Virus record (IMG/VR): IMGVR_UViG_3300027851_000027
Coordinates: 1-63,688 of that record
Direction: 5' to 3' (one strand)
Length of the DNA stretch: 63,688 bases
DNA from: a virus
Lineage: Duplodnaviria > Caudoviricetes
The notes under the pieces were generated by a model. It saw only the letters and a program-made list of their open reading frames with translations. It ran no database searches and was not told the DNA's origin. The translations under genes were made by a program, and so were the position numbers. Below, one piece after another: positions 25,140-34,803 of this stretch (positions within the stretch are counted from its first letter, which is position 1; each line of letters opens with the position of its first letter).

Positions 25140-27676
25140 GCGGCCTCGCTCAGTTCTTCGGGTTCACAGAGGTCAAAAAGAGTCGGCATCGAGAAATCGC
25201 GTTCAGCCGCCTGCAGGTAGTGCACCTGATCCTTGAAGTAGTCGGCGTTCAGCTCAGACCCTGCAGCGCGTCGACCCTTCTTGATCGCGCGCACGCCCAC
25301 CGTGCCAAGTCCGTGAAACGGGTCATAGACCACCTCGCCGGCCATGCTGTAGCGCTCGATCAGGCGGTCCACGATGTCGAACTGCAGGGGGCACACATGC
25401 TTCTCGACCGCGCGGTTCGCCTGCTCCCCATTGAGCGTGCGCATGCGGTTGATGTCGTGCCACACGTCCGGGTGATGCGACCCCGGCGCCAGGCTCATGA
25501 AGGTGGACGGAAGTGCGTTGCGATCCTGCAGTTGCTCACCAATGCTGACGTGCTTCTCGTAGTCGTAGACGTTGCGCAAGCTGTCCTCTGTGAAGAACTT
25601 GGCCAGCTTCGCAGGACCCATCTGCGCCATCTCTTCGGCGGTCATCAGGCGGTTCCCGTTGGAGCGCCAGAAGGCATGCGCATCAACTTGCCAGCGCGCC
25701 AGGCTGTATTCGCTCTTGTCCTTGCGGATCGGAGTGTCGGCGTAGCCGCGCGAGCGGTCGCTCTGTGGCTTGTGGAAGATCAGCACGTACTCTGGAGAGC
25801 CGACACCCATCTTGGAACCGTCCTTGCACATTTCGGTGTAGCCCAGGCGGTAGGTCTGGTTGTTCTCGCGCACCACGTCCGTGTTGACGGTGATCATCCC
25901 CATGTAGTCGAAGCCGTGCTTGATGCCGTGGAACAGTGCCTCAGCATGGAACGGGCTCACGGTCGGAATGCCGGCGCCGGTCACGTTGCCGAAGTTGATC
26001 CGGTCCTTGACGTGGCAGGCGTAGATGCGGCCAGGCTTCAAGATGCGCAGGAGTTGCGGTGTCAGGAAGTCCATCTGAGCCCAGAAGTGCGGGTTGCCTT
26101 CTGTGTGGCCGAAATCGTTGTAGCTCGGGCTGTACTCGTAATGGTTGGCAAACGGGATCGACGTGACGATCAGGTCCACCGAGTTCTCTCCACGGTGCGC
26201 AGCCTCGGCAACGCAGTCGTTGTGCGCCACGTCGAAGCGCTCGCCCTTCACTGCTGTGCGCGTGCAGCCGATGGTGCGTGCCAGCGTGTCCTGCATGGCC
26301 AGGTGACTCAGGCCATAGGTGCGGATGATTTCGGCCATCTTGGCCTGCATCTCGTTGTGCTGGTCCCACTTCTTTTGCAGCGTCGCCAACACCTCTCGCT
26401 CGCTCTCGGTGTGCACGATGTCGATGCGAACGGCGTGCTCTTGCCCGAAGCGTTGAACCCGGTGCAAGGCCTGGATGAAGTCATTGAACTTGAACCCGAT
26501 GCCGGCGAATATTTCGCGGTGGCAATGGCGCTGGAAGTTGCAGCCACTGCCGGCGATGATCGGCTTCGTGGACAAGATGCGGTGCTTGCCATCGCTGAAG
26601 TCCACGATGCGCTGTTCGCGTTCGTCCAGATCCTGCGTTCCCCACACGCTCAGAGCTTCCGGGATGGCTTGTTGGATTGAATGGCGCTCGTCTTCTAGGT
26701 CGTGCCAGACGATGAAGTGATCTTCCGGCGCTTCGGCGATCAGCTCACGCACCTTCTCGACCCGGGCCGGCATGCTCTGGCGCTTCTCGGTTGCCGCGGC
26801 GCTCAATCCCATGGCCACGTCAGGTATCAGCAGGCCCTGGCCGTTCTTTTCCTCGCCGGCCGCGTCGTAGTCGCTGGGCACTTCGTGATACCGCACGTCC
26901 AGATCGGGCAGGGCGTACCCCTCGTCGCTGTGGCCAAGGTCGCTCGGGCGCTGGATGAAGACCGCCCAACTCGCAACCCACATCCAGAATTCCTGTTCCT
27001 TGTGCGGGTACAGCGTGAGGTTGCCAGCCTGTGAGCTGTCCCGCTGGAAAAAGCGCGTCAGGGCCTGGCCGGTGTCCATCACGCCCAGATATCCCGCGTA
27101 GTGAATCAGCTCCTTGAAGCGGTTCGGGCTTGGCGTGGCCGTGGCCACGAACTTGAATTCGACAGGCGCAAATGCCGGCAGGAACTCCTGATAGGTCTTG
27201 CTCCCGTAGCTGCGCAGCACGCTCGCCTCGTCCAGGCTGGTCGCACGGGCCTTGGACACGTCGAGCTTGCCGTCGCGGATGCTCTCGTAGTTCGTCATGT
27301 AGACGGTGCGCTCGTCGTCAATCTCGGCGTCGGAGCGGATGAACTTCAGGTCCATCGCGAAGTCGCCAGCAAAGCGCTTCACCACCTCCTGCTTGAACTC
27401 CTGGCGCACGCCAAGCGGCATGCAGATCACGCGCAGGCCTGGCCGATGGATGCCGATCAGGCGCATCAGCTCCAACTGAGTAGCGGTCTTGTGCAGGCCG
27501 AAGCTGGCGAAGATCGCGCGGTTGCCACCCTTCACGGCCCACTTCACGATGTCGCGTGTGTGCGGCTTCAGCTCCGGGTTGATCTGGTCGAGTTCAACGT
27601 CGAACCCATCGAAGCTGGCCAGCTTGATTTTGTTCCTCAGGAACTGTTCGTAGTCGCTTAAAATTTGTGCAGTCAT
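25136..27676 (-). CDS. SNF2-like helicase fused to N4C/N6A DNA methyltransferase
   Basis: FGLHKT, LDEAS, TATP and QALHRVQRFGQ helicase motifs; TSIPF and DPFHGLGT MTase motifs (beta order). Confidence 0.9.
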   Translation of the reverse strand: MTAQILSDYEQFLRNKIKLASFDGFDVELDQINPELKPHTRDIVKWAVKGGNRAIFASFGLHKTATQLELMRLIGIHRPGLRVICMPLGVRQEFKQEVVKRFAGDFAMDLKFIRSDAEIDDERTVYMTNYESIRDGKLDVSKARATSLDEASVLRSYGSKTYQEFLPAFAPVEFKFVATATPSPNRFKELIHYAGYLGVMDTGQALTRFFQRDSSQAGNLTLYPHKEQEFWMWVASWAVFIQRPSDLGHSDEGYALPDLDVRYHEVPSDYDAAGEEKNGQGLLIPDVAMGLSAAATEKRQSMPARVEKVRELIAEAPEDHFIVWHDLEDERHSIQQAIPEALSVWGTQDLDEREQRIVDFSDGKHRILSTKPIIAGSGCNFQRHCHREIFAGIGFKFNDFIQALHRVQRFGQEHAVRIDIVHTESEREVLATLQKKWDQHNEMQAKMAEIIRTYGLSHLAMQDTLARTIGCTRTAVKGERFDVAHNDCVAEAAHRGENSVDLIVTSIPFANHYEYSPSYNDFGHTEGNPHFWAQMDFLTPQLLRILKPGRIYACHVKDRINFGNVTGAGIPTVSPFHAEALFHGIKHGFDYMGMITVNTDVVRENNQTYRLGYTEMCKDGSKMGVGSPEYVLIFHKPQSDRSRGYADTPIRKDKSEYSLARWQVDAHAFWRSNGNRLMTAEEMAQMGPAKLAKFFTEDSLRNVYDYEKHVSIGEQLQDRNALPSTFMSLAPGSHHPDVWHDINRMRTLNGEQANRAVEKHVCPLQFDIVDRLIERYSMAGEVVYDPFHGLGTVGVRAIKKGRRAAGSELNADYFKDQVHYLQAAERDFSMPTLFDLCEPEELSEAA

Positions 27677-27703
27677 AGCTTTTTGCTCAGGTTGAAGTTG
27701 TGA

Positions 27704-27907
27704 TCAGAGGCCCCGCTGTTCGCGCAGCGGGGTTTCGTTTTTTGTGGTGTCGAAAAGGTCAGCTGTCTTGTCGTCGCGCGCTGGAGCTGCCTGCTTTGCG
27801 CCTGGCATGAGTCCCCACTTGGCAGCGCAGCGTGGGCCATATGCCGCATGGCCGTGCTTGACGGCTGGCTTCTTCAGGGGGCGGTGGCAGGCGGCGCAGA
27901 TGGTCAT
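27704..27907 (-). CDS. Small zinc-binding protein (DUF6011-like)
   Basis: CAACHRPL...YGPRCA. Confidence 0.6.
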   Translation of the reverse strand: MTICAACHRPLKKPAVKHGHAAYGPRCAAKWGLMPGAKQAAPARDDKTADLFDTTKNETPLREQRGL

Positions 27908-28125
27908 GCGAGGCCCCACTGAATCAGCGCACCGCGCAGGTAGACCAGCGTGTAGGCGGCGACCAGAACCAGCAGGCCCCATGCACCAGCGTCCAGCGCA
28001 AAAACGAACCAGAACGGCTGTCCTGCGAGGCCCACAATCGGCGCCCACTTGCGCAGCGTGAGATTGCGGCCCATGGCGAACCAGATGCTTGTCAGGCCGA
28101 AGCCGGCCATGAGGAACTGCGTCAT
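27904..28125 (-). CDS. Small membrane protein
   Basis: 73 aa, hydrophobic, GLAGQPFW motif. Confidence 0.7.
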   Translation of the reverse strand: MTQFLMAGFGLTSIWFAMGRNLTLRKWAPIVGLAGQPFWFVFALDAGAWGLLVLVAAYTLVYLRGALIQWGLA

Positions 28126-28592
28126 GCGACCTCCAGCAAGTCGGGCTGCACGATGGCCTTTACGATCTGCGAAATGGTCACGACAAGGCAAGCCTCGCGG
28201 CCGTCCGGCTCCATCACCTCGCCGCTGTCGCGCCAGATGCATTTGTCATCGCCGAAAACGATGTCCTTGAGAGCGTCGTTAACCACCTTGCGGCAGTTGT
28301 CCAAGTCAAGGCGCTGCACAGAGTCAGCCCAGTACAACGGGTCAGCCTTGGCGCGCTTGGCCCAGTCCAGCGGGCGGTGCGGGTACAGCTTGATGTCCAC
28401 CTGCACACGACCCTGCAACGGCTGGCGCACACCGGCTGCGCGCATCAACCATCCGACCTGTTCCTTGAACTTCTTCGCTTCTGGCGTGACGTAGGTCATC
28501 GCCATGGGCCGGCCACCCTTCGGCGTAACCACGCGGGTAGCCCAGTACCTATTCGCACTGATCGGGTACGGAAGAGTGACCGTGATACTCAT
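28122..28592 (-). CDS. rusA: RusA-family Holliday junction resolvase
   Basis: LPYPISANRYW and DLDNCRKVVNDAL....GDD. Confidence 0.9.
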   Translation of the reverse strand: MSITVTLPYPISANRYWATRVVTPKGGRPMAMTYVTPEAKKFKEQVGWLMRAAGVRQPLQGRVQVDIKLYPHRPLDWAKRAKADPLYWADSVQRLDLDNCRKVVNDALKDIVFGDDKCIWRDSGEVMEPDGREACLVVTISQIVKAIVQPDLLEVA

Positions 28593-28595
28593 GGC

Positions 28596-29225
28596 TCAGT
28601 GCACTGCTGCAGCTTCGGTACCGGGCACCACGCCGGCCGTGAAGATGTCGCCCGCGGTCAGCGGCGCTTCTTCCTCGTCCATGCCTGGCAGGATCAGGCT
28701 GGGCTCTTCTTCCACCTCGGCCTTCACCTCGGGCGGCGTCAGCGTCACGCGCACTTCCTGGCTGATCAGCATGGCCAGCTTGCCGATGATCTGTTCCGTC
28801 AAGCCGCTGTTGGCCTGCACGCGGAATTTCATGGACACCGTGCCGCCCTCTTTCAGCTCCAGCGAGAACTTGCCCACATTGACGGCCGGCAGCACGATGC
28901 CGACCTCTTCGTCTATGCCGTACTCAACAGCGAAGCGGTGCCCGACCATTTCGGTGCCCAGCTTCTGTGTGCCCAGGTTGTTGAAGCGCAGCAGCGGTTT
29001 GGCGCTGATTTCGAAGCCGTCCATCGTGGCCTGGCTGTCGTCGCCGGCTTCGGCGGCTTTGTAGAAGGCATCCAGCAGGCCGGGCTGAAAGTCGTCAAGG
29101 ATGGTGTTCGGCGCGTCGTAGTTGATCGACAAGTCGATGGCGCTCACGCTGTCGTCGCCGTGTTTCTCGACGCGGGTGTTCAGGTTGCTCAGGGTGACGT
29201 AGGTCGGCTTCAGGAGGGAAAACAT
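28596..29225 (-). CDS. Conserved phage hypothetical protein
   Basis: 209 aa, LNTRVEKHGDD...AIDL. Confidence 0.7.
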   Translation of the reverse strand: MFSLLKPTYVTLSNLNTRVEKHGDDSVSAIDLSINYDAPNTILDDFQPGLLDAFYKAAEAGDDSQATMDGFEISAKPLLRFNNLGTQKLGTEMVGHRFAVEYGIDEEVGIVLPAVNVGKFSLELKEGGTVSMKFRVQANSGLTEQIIGKLAMLISQEVRVTLTPPEVKAEVEEEPSLILPGMDEEEAPLTAGDIFTAGVVPGTEAAAVH

Positions 29226-29266
29226 GGTGGTGCTCTTTCTCAGGTGGGTTGGTGGTGGGTGATGGG

Positions 29267-29779
29267 TCAGGCGAACTTGGCGAGGCGAGGTGCTTCGTAC
29301 TCCAAGAAGTCGGCGCAGAGTTCATCTGTCAACGGGACGGATGCAGAAATTCGGTGAAGTCCAGCGATCACTTTCAGGCGTCCATATGTGGTCCCGCCGT
29401 AGCTGTCGAAGTCTTCCGTTGCCTGCTTGCACTCGCGCCCGGTGAACCGGTAGACGGTCCATCCAAGCGACTGAATTTCCTGCTGTCGGCGCTTGTCGGA
29501 CTCAACGTCTTGGTGGTAGGCGGCGCCGTCGCACTCAATGGCGACATGCGCCTTCGGGTTTCCAAAGTCCACGAAAAAACGTCCGACCGGGTACTGCGGA
29601 TACATGACGATGCCAAGCGACCGAAAGTCGGCCCAGAGCGCTTGCTCAATCGGTGTGAGCGTCAGGATTCCATCCCATGCGTAGGCGCCGATTCCAAACT
29701 TCCCGCGGCCTGCGTTCATGATTCGCTCGCTGTGCATGGCGTAGTGCGCGCGGATGGCGCTGTAGTTCTGCGTGTGCAT
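29267..29779 (-). CDS. DUF559/Vsr-like endonuclease
   Basis: QYPVGRFFVDF....AIECDG..YH....D..R...I...GW.V.RF. Confidence 0.85.
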   Translation of the reverse strand: MHTQNYSAIRAHYAMHSERIMNAGRGKFGIGAYAWDGILTLTPIEQALWADFRSLGIVMYPQYPVGRFFVDFGNPKAHVAIECDGAAYHQDVESDKRRQQEIQSLGWTVYRFTGRECKQATEDFDSYGGTTYGRLKVIAGLHRISASVPLTDELCADFLEYEAPRLAKFA

Positions 29780-29781
29780 GA

Positions 29782-30720
29782 TCAGAACGCCTCTTCCGGT
29801 GTTTCGATGGCGGTCTGCAGATCGATGTAGGTCGGGCGCTGGCCTGCGTGTTCGAGGTACTGCTGCGACTCAGGGTCGAACCAGAATGCGAAGCTGCCCT
29901 CCCATGAGTGGTGGCGCTGCTTGGCTATGCGGACAAAGGCGTCCGGGTCGTCTTCCTTGCGGTCCTTCTCTGCCAGACCCAGCTTTCGCACGTTCTTCCA
30001 GCAGATAACGAGGTTGTCCACGAGGTCCACGATCTCGCTGGCGCCTTTCACGTCGAACTTGTCCGGGGCGCTGCGCTCGTTCTCACCCTTGCGCATGTGC
30101 ACCACCAGATGGATGCCCAAGCCGGTTTCCTGCGCAACGCTGCACAGGTCGTTCACAAAGTCCTTTTGCGCGGTGTAGTCGTCGGTACCGATGCCGCACT
30201 TCATGAGGCTGTCGATCACCATGTGGTCGATGCCGAGTTCCTTGCGCATGTAGGTCGCAACAGCCAGGACGCGCTTGGTCGCAACACGTCCGACGTGGTC
30301 ATAGATCCACAGGCGGTCATCGGTCCACTTGTGGAACTCGCGGATGTACGGGATCGCCGGCTTTCCCACGCCCGCGGCCTGGCGGCTCATCTTCGCCATG
30401 GACACGGCCGGCTTCATTTCAAAGCTGGCCAGGCCGGCGCGCTGGCCAATCTGCATCGTGTTCAACAGGATGTTTGACAGCAGCGTGGTCTTGCCGTGGC
30501 CGTTGATGCCGGCCCACAGCGTCACCTCGCCGGGGCGCATGTCGAACTTGTCGCGCATCTTGTCGTAGCCGGTGGGCACCCAATGGCCGGCAGAGTGCTC
30601 GCCATAGAAGCGGTCGATCACATCGGCGCACCAGTTCGATGCGGGTTTGACCTTGGCGCTTTCGTTCTCCTGCTGGTCGAAGTAGGTTTCAAAGTCGATG
30701 GTGTCGGGAAGAAGATTCAC
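29782..30720 (-). CDS. DnaB-like (SF4) replicative helicase
   Basis: GINGHGKT, SFEM, VIDSL, LVVH.RK, KGAS and KQRH; GTG start coupled to upstream stop. Confidence 0.88.
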   Translation of the reverse strand: MNLLPDTIDFETYFDQQENESAKVKPASNWCADVIDRFYGEHSAGHWVPTGYDKMRDKFDMRPGEVTLWAGINGHGKTTLLSNILLNTMQIGQRAGLASFEMKPAVSMAKMSRQAAGVGKPAIPYIREFHKWTDDRLWIYDHVGRVATKRVLAVATYMRKELGIDHMVIDSLMKCGIGTDDYTAQKDFVNDLCSVAQETGLGIHLVVHMRKGENERSAPDKFDVKGASEIVDLVDNLVICWKNVRKLGLAEKDRKEDDPDAFVRIAKQRHHSWEGSFAFWFDPESQQYLEHAGQRPTYIDLQTAIETPEEAF

Positions 30721-31181
30721 AGACGTGCTCCGGGTTTGTGGTTTTTGTGAAGAGCGGCCTTGATCCGGTAGCCCAGATCGGTGGCGCCCAGGTTGATCGG
30801 CTGCCACAGGAATTCGTGGCTTGCCGGGATGTCCATCACGGCCGGCCGGTGCCACCCAGATCCGCAATCGATCAGGTGGCACGTTTCGCCGTGAACGAAA
30901 CAAAGCTGAAGCTCTTTCGGCCTGGCCTGCGAAATGCCGAACAACACCGCGTCAACGCGGTCGAACGGGGTCTTCGAGTTGGCCCAGACCACCACCTGCA
31001 GGTTGACCAGCATTCGCCAGTCCATGCGGTCGGCTGGCATGTTGTCGCGCACGAAAAGCGTCGTGCCTTCTGCGACGTTGCCCATCATCGAAACCGTCAC
31101 CGGCTCGTCGGGAGACAGGCCGTTTTGCCGTGCTTCAAGCAGGGAACGGGCGTTGCTGGCGAACCATGGGCGGGCGTTCAT
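30717..31181 (-). CDS. Hypothetical replication-module protein
   Basis: Coupled between initiator and helicase. Confidence 0.65.
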   Translation of the reverse strand: MNARPWFASNARSLLEARQNGLSPDEPVTVSMMGNVAEGTTLFVRDNMPADRMDWRMLVNLQVVVWANSKTPFDRVDAVLFGISQARPKELQLCFVHGETCHLIDCGSGWHRPAVMDIPASHEFLWQPINLGATDLGYRIKAALHKNHKPGARL

Positions 31182-31954
31182 GCTGCAGCCCTCGTCCAAT
31201 CGGATGCGCCATCGGCGAATGAATCGTCGTCTTGCCACCGGCCCTCGTTGAGCCACGTCGAAGGGTGCGGGATGTACTGGCCACCATCCTTCAGCCAAGC
31301 CTGTGAACTGGCCTGATGGCGGATGGCCTCGACCATTTTTCCCAGCAGTTCGTCGTCGGGCCGGCGCTTGTCGAAAGCCTTTCGGGCTGCGTCCTTCCCA
31401 ACCTTCCGTGGGTATGCAGTCCAAAATTCTCCGAACCTACGGTCAGCCCCCATCGGGGGTTGGGGGGTATCCGAAGATGAAGATGAAGAAGAAGAAGAAG
31501 GGGGGGGATATTCAAAGCCCGGAAGGGGGGTTGAAAGGGGGGTTTCAAAACCCCCCTTCTGGACCTTTGGACGGCCACCTTTCGACCCAGATTCAGCACC
31601 CTTCGCACCATGCTCTGCACCAGCCTTACCACCGTTTGCGCGAGCGTTCCTGATCTGCTCATCACGCACCATGCGCTTGTTGAAAATGATCCCGGCGTCA
31701 GTGGTTCTAGCTACGCCGTTCTCGATCAATTCGGACAGCATCTTGCGCACCGTGGCGACGTTCCCACCGATCTGATTGACGATCTGCTCGGGTGTCATGG
31801 GGCGCCCGTTTGTGGTCAAGTGCCCGTATGGCTCGCAGTCGTGCATCACGCAAATCAGGTCCATCCACAAACCTCGTGCGGCGAACGAGCAGGACCTCAG
31901 TTGAACGTCCTTGCGCCAGTCGGATGGGTAGAACTGGAATGCTGGGCGTTTCAT
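31178..31954 (-). CDS. Replication initiator protein
   Basis: PAFQFYPSDW N-terminus; F.EFW.AYPRKVGK...YIPHP.TWLN..RW.D C-terminus. Confidence 0.85.
   Translation of the reverse strand: MKRPAFQFYPSDWRKDVQLRSCSFAARGLWMDLICVMHDCEPYGHLTTNGRPMTPEQIVNQIGGNVATVRKMLSELIENGVARTTDAGIIFNKRMVRDEQIRNARANGGKAGAEHGAKGAESGSKGGRPKVQKGGFETPLSTPLPGFEYPPPSSSSSSSSSDTPQPPMGADRRFGEFWTAYPRKVGKDAARKAFDKRRPDDELLGKMVEAIRHQASSQAWLKDGGQYIPHPSTWLNEGRWQDDDSFADGASDWTRAAA
31450..31560. other. Candidate replication origin within initiator gene
   Basis: Repeated aaggggggtt units, inverted gggggg-tttcaaaa-cccccc and (GAA)n purine tract in the linker-coding region. Confidence 0.55.
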
Positions 31955-32247
31955 GACAGCCCCCGAGCAAGTTCCATCGCCCGCACCATCTCAGGCGAGC
32001 GCAGCGCCACCAGGCGGCGTACCTCATCGAAGGCCTCGCGTGCCTTCTGGCTGTGCCCGGCGTTGACGTGCTTCTCAACGATGGCGCCAGCGGCCAGGAT
32101 GGCGGTCTCCAGCTCATCAGGCGTGAGCGTCGATACATCCTGTTTCTGTATGTTCGATGGCGAACTGACAGACGCTGTTGAGGAAATCAGAGTACGTTGG
32201 TCGGAACTGCGTCCGTCCGATTTTTCGGGCTGAAAACGGGCGTGCAT
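31951..32247 (-). CDS. Hypothetical protein (start uncertain)
   Basis: Stop coupled to initiator start. Confidence 0.5.
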   Translation of the reverse strand: MHARFQPEKSDGRSSDQRTLISSTASVSSPSNIQKQDVSTLTPDELETAILAAGAIVEKHVNAGHSQKAREAFDEVRRLVALRSPEMVRAMELARGLS

Positions 32248-32552
32248 CAGATTCCGCCCCGCTTGATCTGGTCGCCGCGGCTGCTGTTTCGCGGTCCGAT
32301 GGTGATCGACTGCGGAGCGTTGTTCAGCAGCTTCTTGCCGCGCTTGGACAGGCCTTTGAGGGTGGCGTGACCGAAGCCTGTACCGCGAGCCTTCTGGGCT
32401 TCCTTGGAGTGATCTGCAGCGTTCTGCTTGCGTGCCAGCGTGGCCTTTCCGGCCTCGACCGGATCGTTTGCATAGACAGAGTTCTTCGGGATCGTGAATC
32501 CGTTGTTGGTGGACTTCACGATGCTTGTTCCGGGCCAGTAGATGGGGTTCAT
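32247..32552 (-). CDS. Basic hypothetical protein
   Basis: Start MNPIYW coupled to upstream stop. Confidence 0.6.
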   Translation of the reverse strand: MNPIYWPGTSIVKSTNNGFTIPKNSVYANDPVEAGKATLARKQNAADHSKEAQKARGTGFGHATLKGLSKRGKKLLNNAPQSITIGPRNSSRGDQIKRGGI

Positions 32553-32797
32553 GCTGCAAGTCCCGACAAACCGCACACCCCGACCATGCGCTGTTGTTCC
32601 ATAGTGAGCACATGGCCCACACCGTACAAACTCGCACTCAGCAGGCGCTCGATGAAATCGCTCTCGGTCATTCCGAGTTCGTGACATCGGCGTGCCAGAT
32701 CCAGTTTCAGTTCATCGGATACGCGGGACTCGACTCGGGCGCTGCGCTTGGCTCCGGTCAGGCTGCGTGCGTACTGGGTTTCTGTGTTGTTGCTCAT
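32549..32797 (-). CDS. Ribbon-helix-helix DNA-binding protein at the cII position
   Basis: RVESRVSDELK..L...C...GMTESDFIERLL. Confidence 0.65.
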   Translation of the reverse strand: MSNNTETQYARSLTGAKRSARVESRVSDELKLDLARRCHELGMTESDFIERLLSASLYGVGHVLTMEQQRMVGVCGLSGLAA

Positions 32798-32811
32798 GTT
32801 CTTGTCTTTGA

Positions 32812-32842
32812 GAAAGACCCCCAGCCGTCAGGCCGGGGGTTT
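32812..32842 (-). terminator. tR1-like terminator
   Basis: Minus strand acccccggcc-tgac-ggctgggggt-ctttct. Confidence 0.6.
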
Positions 32843-32899
32843 GAAACACACCGGGCGCTCAGGGAGGAGAAGCGCCGCTACGGGGGTGTGTTCTTTCTG

Positions 32900-33214
32900 T
32901 CAGGTGACGGGTGCTGCAGGGCCTCGCAACTTGTTGCAGCTTCGGCACACTGGCTCGACGTGAAGCGGCTTGGAGTAGTCGCGGTGGTCATAGTCCGTGG
33001 CGCCATTTCCGCAGTCGGCGCAAGTGCAGGTTCTCGGATGCGGGAGAACCCCGTTCTTGATGGCTTTATTGACAGCCTGATGGGCGCCGCGTCCGGGATG
33101 GTTTCGCTGACGAAACTCAGCGCACTTGAGGCAATAGACGGCATGGAAATGCCGCTTGGAAATGTCGCAACCACAACGACCGCAAGCTCTTGCTGCTACT
33201 TGGCGCCGCGTCAT
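32900..33214 (-). CDS. Small Cys-rich HNH-like protein
   Basis: CADCG....YDHRDYSKPLHVEPVCRSCN. Confidence 0.7.
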   Translation of the reverse strand: MTRRQVAARACGRCGCDISKRHFHAVYCLKCAEFRQRNHPGRGAHQAVNKAIKNGVLPHPRTCTCADCGNGATDYDHRDYSKPLHVEPVCRSCNKLRGPAAPVT

Positions 33215-33472
33215 TCAAACCACCGCCTTTGCTGTTTTTGTTTTCTTCGGCTCCGGGAGGTCCGGCCAGAACCTCCAGAAGTCATCCGGTCGGAGTTCTT
33301 GGCGGGAAACAGCACCACCGGTCTCTTTCTCGATGGCGACGGCGTACTCGGGTGCGCAAGGCTTGTATCCGTACATGACGTTCCGAAGGTGCCCAGCGGT
33401 CGTTCCGCACTTTTTCGCGAATGGCTCTCGCTCCGGCTCGGGCAAGTTGGATAGGTATGTTTTGAGGTCCAT
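33215..33472 (-). CDS. cro: Cro/YdaS-like repressor
   Basis: FAKKCGTT.GHL HTH and IEKETGGAVSRQELRPD; divergent from cI. Confidence 0.85.
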   Translation of the reverse strand: MDLKTYLSNLPEPEREPFAKKCGTTAGHLRNVMYGYKPCAPEYAVAIEKETGGAVSRQELRPDDFWRFWPDLPEPKKTKTAKAVV

Positions 33473-33478
33473 GCAGCC

Positions 33479-33522
33479 ATTACACCATTCAGTGATATGA
33501 AGTGTCAACACCTTTTAGTGAT
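33479..33522 (-). promoter_or_regulatory. PR promoter and OR operators
   Basis: TTGACA-18-TGTAAT on minus strand; CACCattcAGTG (33483) and CACCttttAGTG (33509). Confidence 0.8.
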
Positions 33523-33544
33523 GTCTGTGCGATGAACTTCGCGT

Positions 33545-34192
33545 ATGAGCGACCTTGCCGCCGTCTACCGCGAAAACCTGAATGCCTACTGCATCAGCAA
33601 GGGGTGGGTGAGCGCGAAGAACGCAAGCCGTGGTTCTCCTGCTGAACTTGTGAAGCGTCTCGGAAAAACGTCATCGTTCTGGAGTGACCTCCTAGCCGGA
33701 CGGAAGTCGTTCAGCACCGACCTGGCCTATGAGATTGAAGATGGTCTAGATCTGCCGCGCTTGTATCTGGCCGGCGATCAAATGGATTTCGTGGACGTGG
33801 CCCGGGTGGATGTGCAGATTTCAGCCGGGAATGGACGTGTCGTCGGGATTGAAGAGGTCGTCGGGCACTTGAAGTTCTCGGCGTCCTTCCTCAGAAGTTG
33901 TGGCGTGTCGCCGGGTGGCGCCCGCGTGGTCGATGTTCATGGCGCCAGCATGGAGCCCACGATCAAAGACGGCGCCGTGTTGCTGGTCAGCACCAACAAC
34001 AGAGAACCGGTCGAGAACCAGATTTTTGCGATGGCCAGGCCCGGCGATGGGTTGATCGTCAAGCGCCTGGTGCGAACAGCAAACCATTGGGTTGCTCGAT
34101 CAGACAACCGGGACTTTCAAGACTTCATCATTGACGACGGCGACCCCATCACGATCATCGGAAGAGCGGTGTGGATGGGCGCTCGGTTATAG
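33545..34192 (+). CDS. cI: CI-like repressor with S24 autopeptidase domain
   Basis: HTH, AG cleavage site (ISAGNG), GASMEPTI, IVKRL and IIGRAV. Confidence 0.92.
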   Translation: MSDLAAVYRENLNAYCISKGWVSAKNASRGSPAELVKRLGKTSSFWSDLLAGRKSFSTDLAYEIEDGLDLPRLYLAGDQMDFVDVARVDVQISAGNGRVVGIEEVVGHLKFSASFLRSCGVSPGGARVVDVHGASMEPTIKDGAVLLVSTNNREPVENQIFAMARPGDGLIVKRLVRTANHWVARSDNRDFQDFIIDDGDPITIIGRAVWMGARL

Positions 34193-34202
34193 GGCTGGAC
34201 TT

Positions 34203-34400
34203 GTGGACCAAAAGAACTCTTTCCGATGGGTTGCATCTGCGCTCATCGTCGTCATCCTGACGGCATTTTTCATCGCTGTTTTCCTGAGGTTCGAGCTGGT
34301 TCCAACCGGAGCACATAAAGCCTACCTGCTGGACAGGTTGACGGGTGAAGTTCACTTGATCGACAACGAATACAAGACGCGAGTCGTGCCAGAAAAGTGA
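34203..34400 (+). CDS. Small membrane protein in cI operon
   Basis: One TM helix then YLLDRLTGEV; start uncertain. Confidence 0.6.
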   Translation: MDQKNSFRWVASALIVVILTAFFIAVFLRFELVPTGAHKAYLLDRLTGEVHLIDNEYKTRVVPEK

Positions 34401-34452
34401 CATCGGCAACCTGGCGGCCGCTCATGCGCCAGCATCTTGAGGGATTGAGTGA

Positions 34453-34803
34453 ATGTTGAAGCTATTGAAGCCGGGGGCCCTGTGCGCCGCATCCTTGACC
34501 GTCGCCGCGTGCGCGAGCACTGGCATCATCCCTTTCTCCCAGGATACGTACTTGATCGGAAAGAAGGATGCCAGCCCAGGCAGGGGGGTTTCCCTTTCAA
34601 CGAAGGCCGAGGTGCTCAAAGAGGCGCACGCGTTTTGCGCCAAGAAGGGGCAAGAGACAAGCATCGTTCGGGTGGAATCAACACCCACAGAACCGTTTCA
34701 ATTTGGCTCTACAGAGCTGGTCTTCAGATGCGTTGCGCCGGGCGGATCGGCCCCCACGCTGATGAAGGACGCTGATCAAGTGATCGAGATTCGGGCGAAG
34801 TAG
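34453..34803 (+). CDS. Lipoprotein in cI operon (candidate superinfection exclusion)
   Basis: Signal peptide with lipobox VAAC; two further Cys. Confidence 0.7.
   Translation: MLKLLKPGALCAASLTVAACASTGIIPFSQDTYLIGKKDASPGRGVSLSTKAEVLKEAHAFCAKKGQETSIVRVESTPTEPFQFGSTELVFRCVAPGGSAPTLMKDADQVIEIRAK

Noticed and set aside
31474-31500. Phase-variable (GAA)n microsatellite
   Set aside because: In-frame triplets encoding a poly-Ser linker, common in phage initiators; treated as part of the origin candidate.
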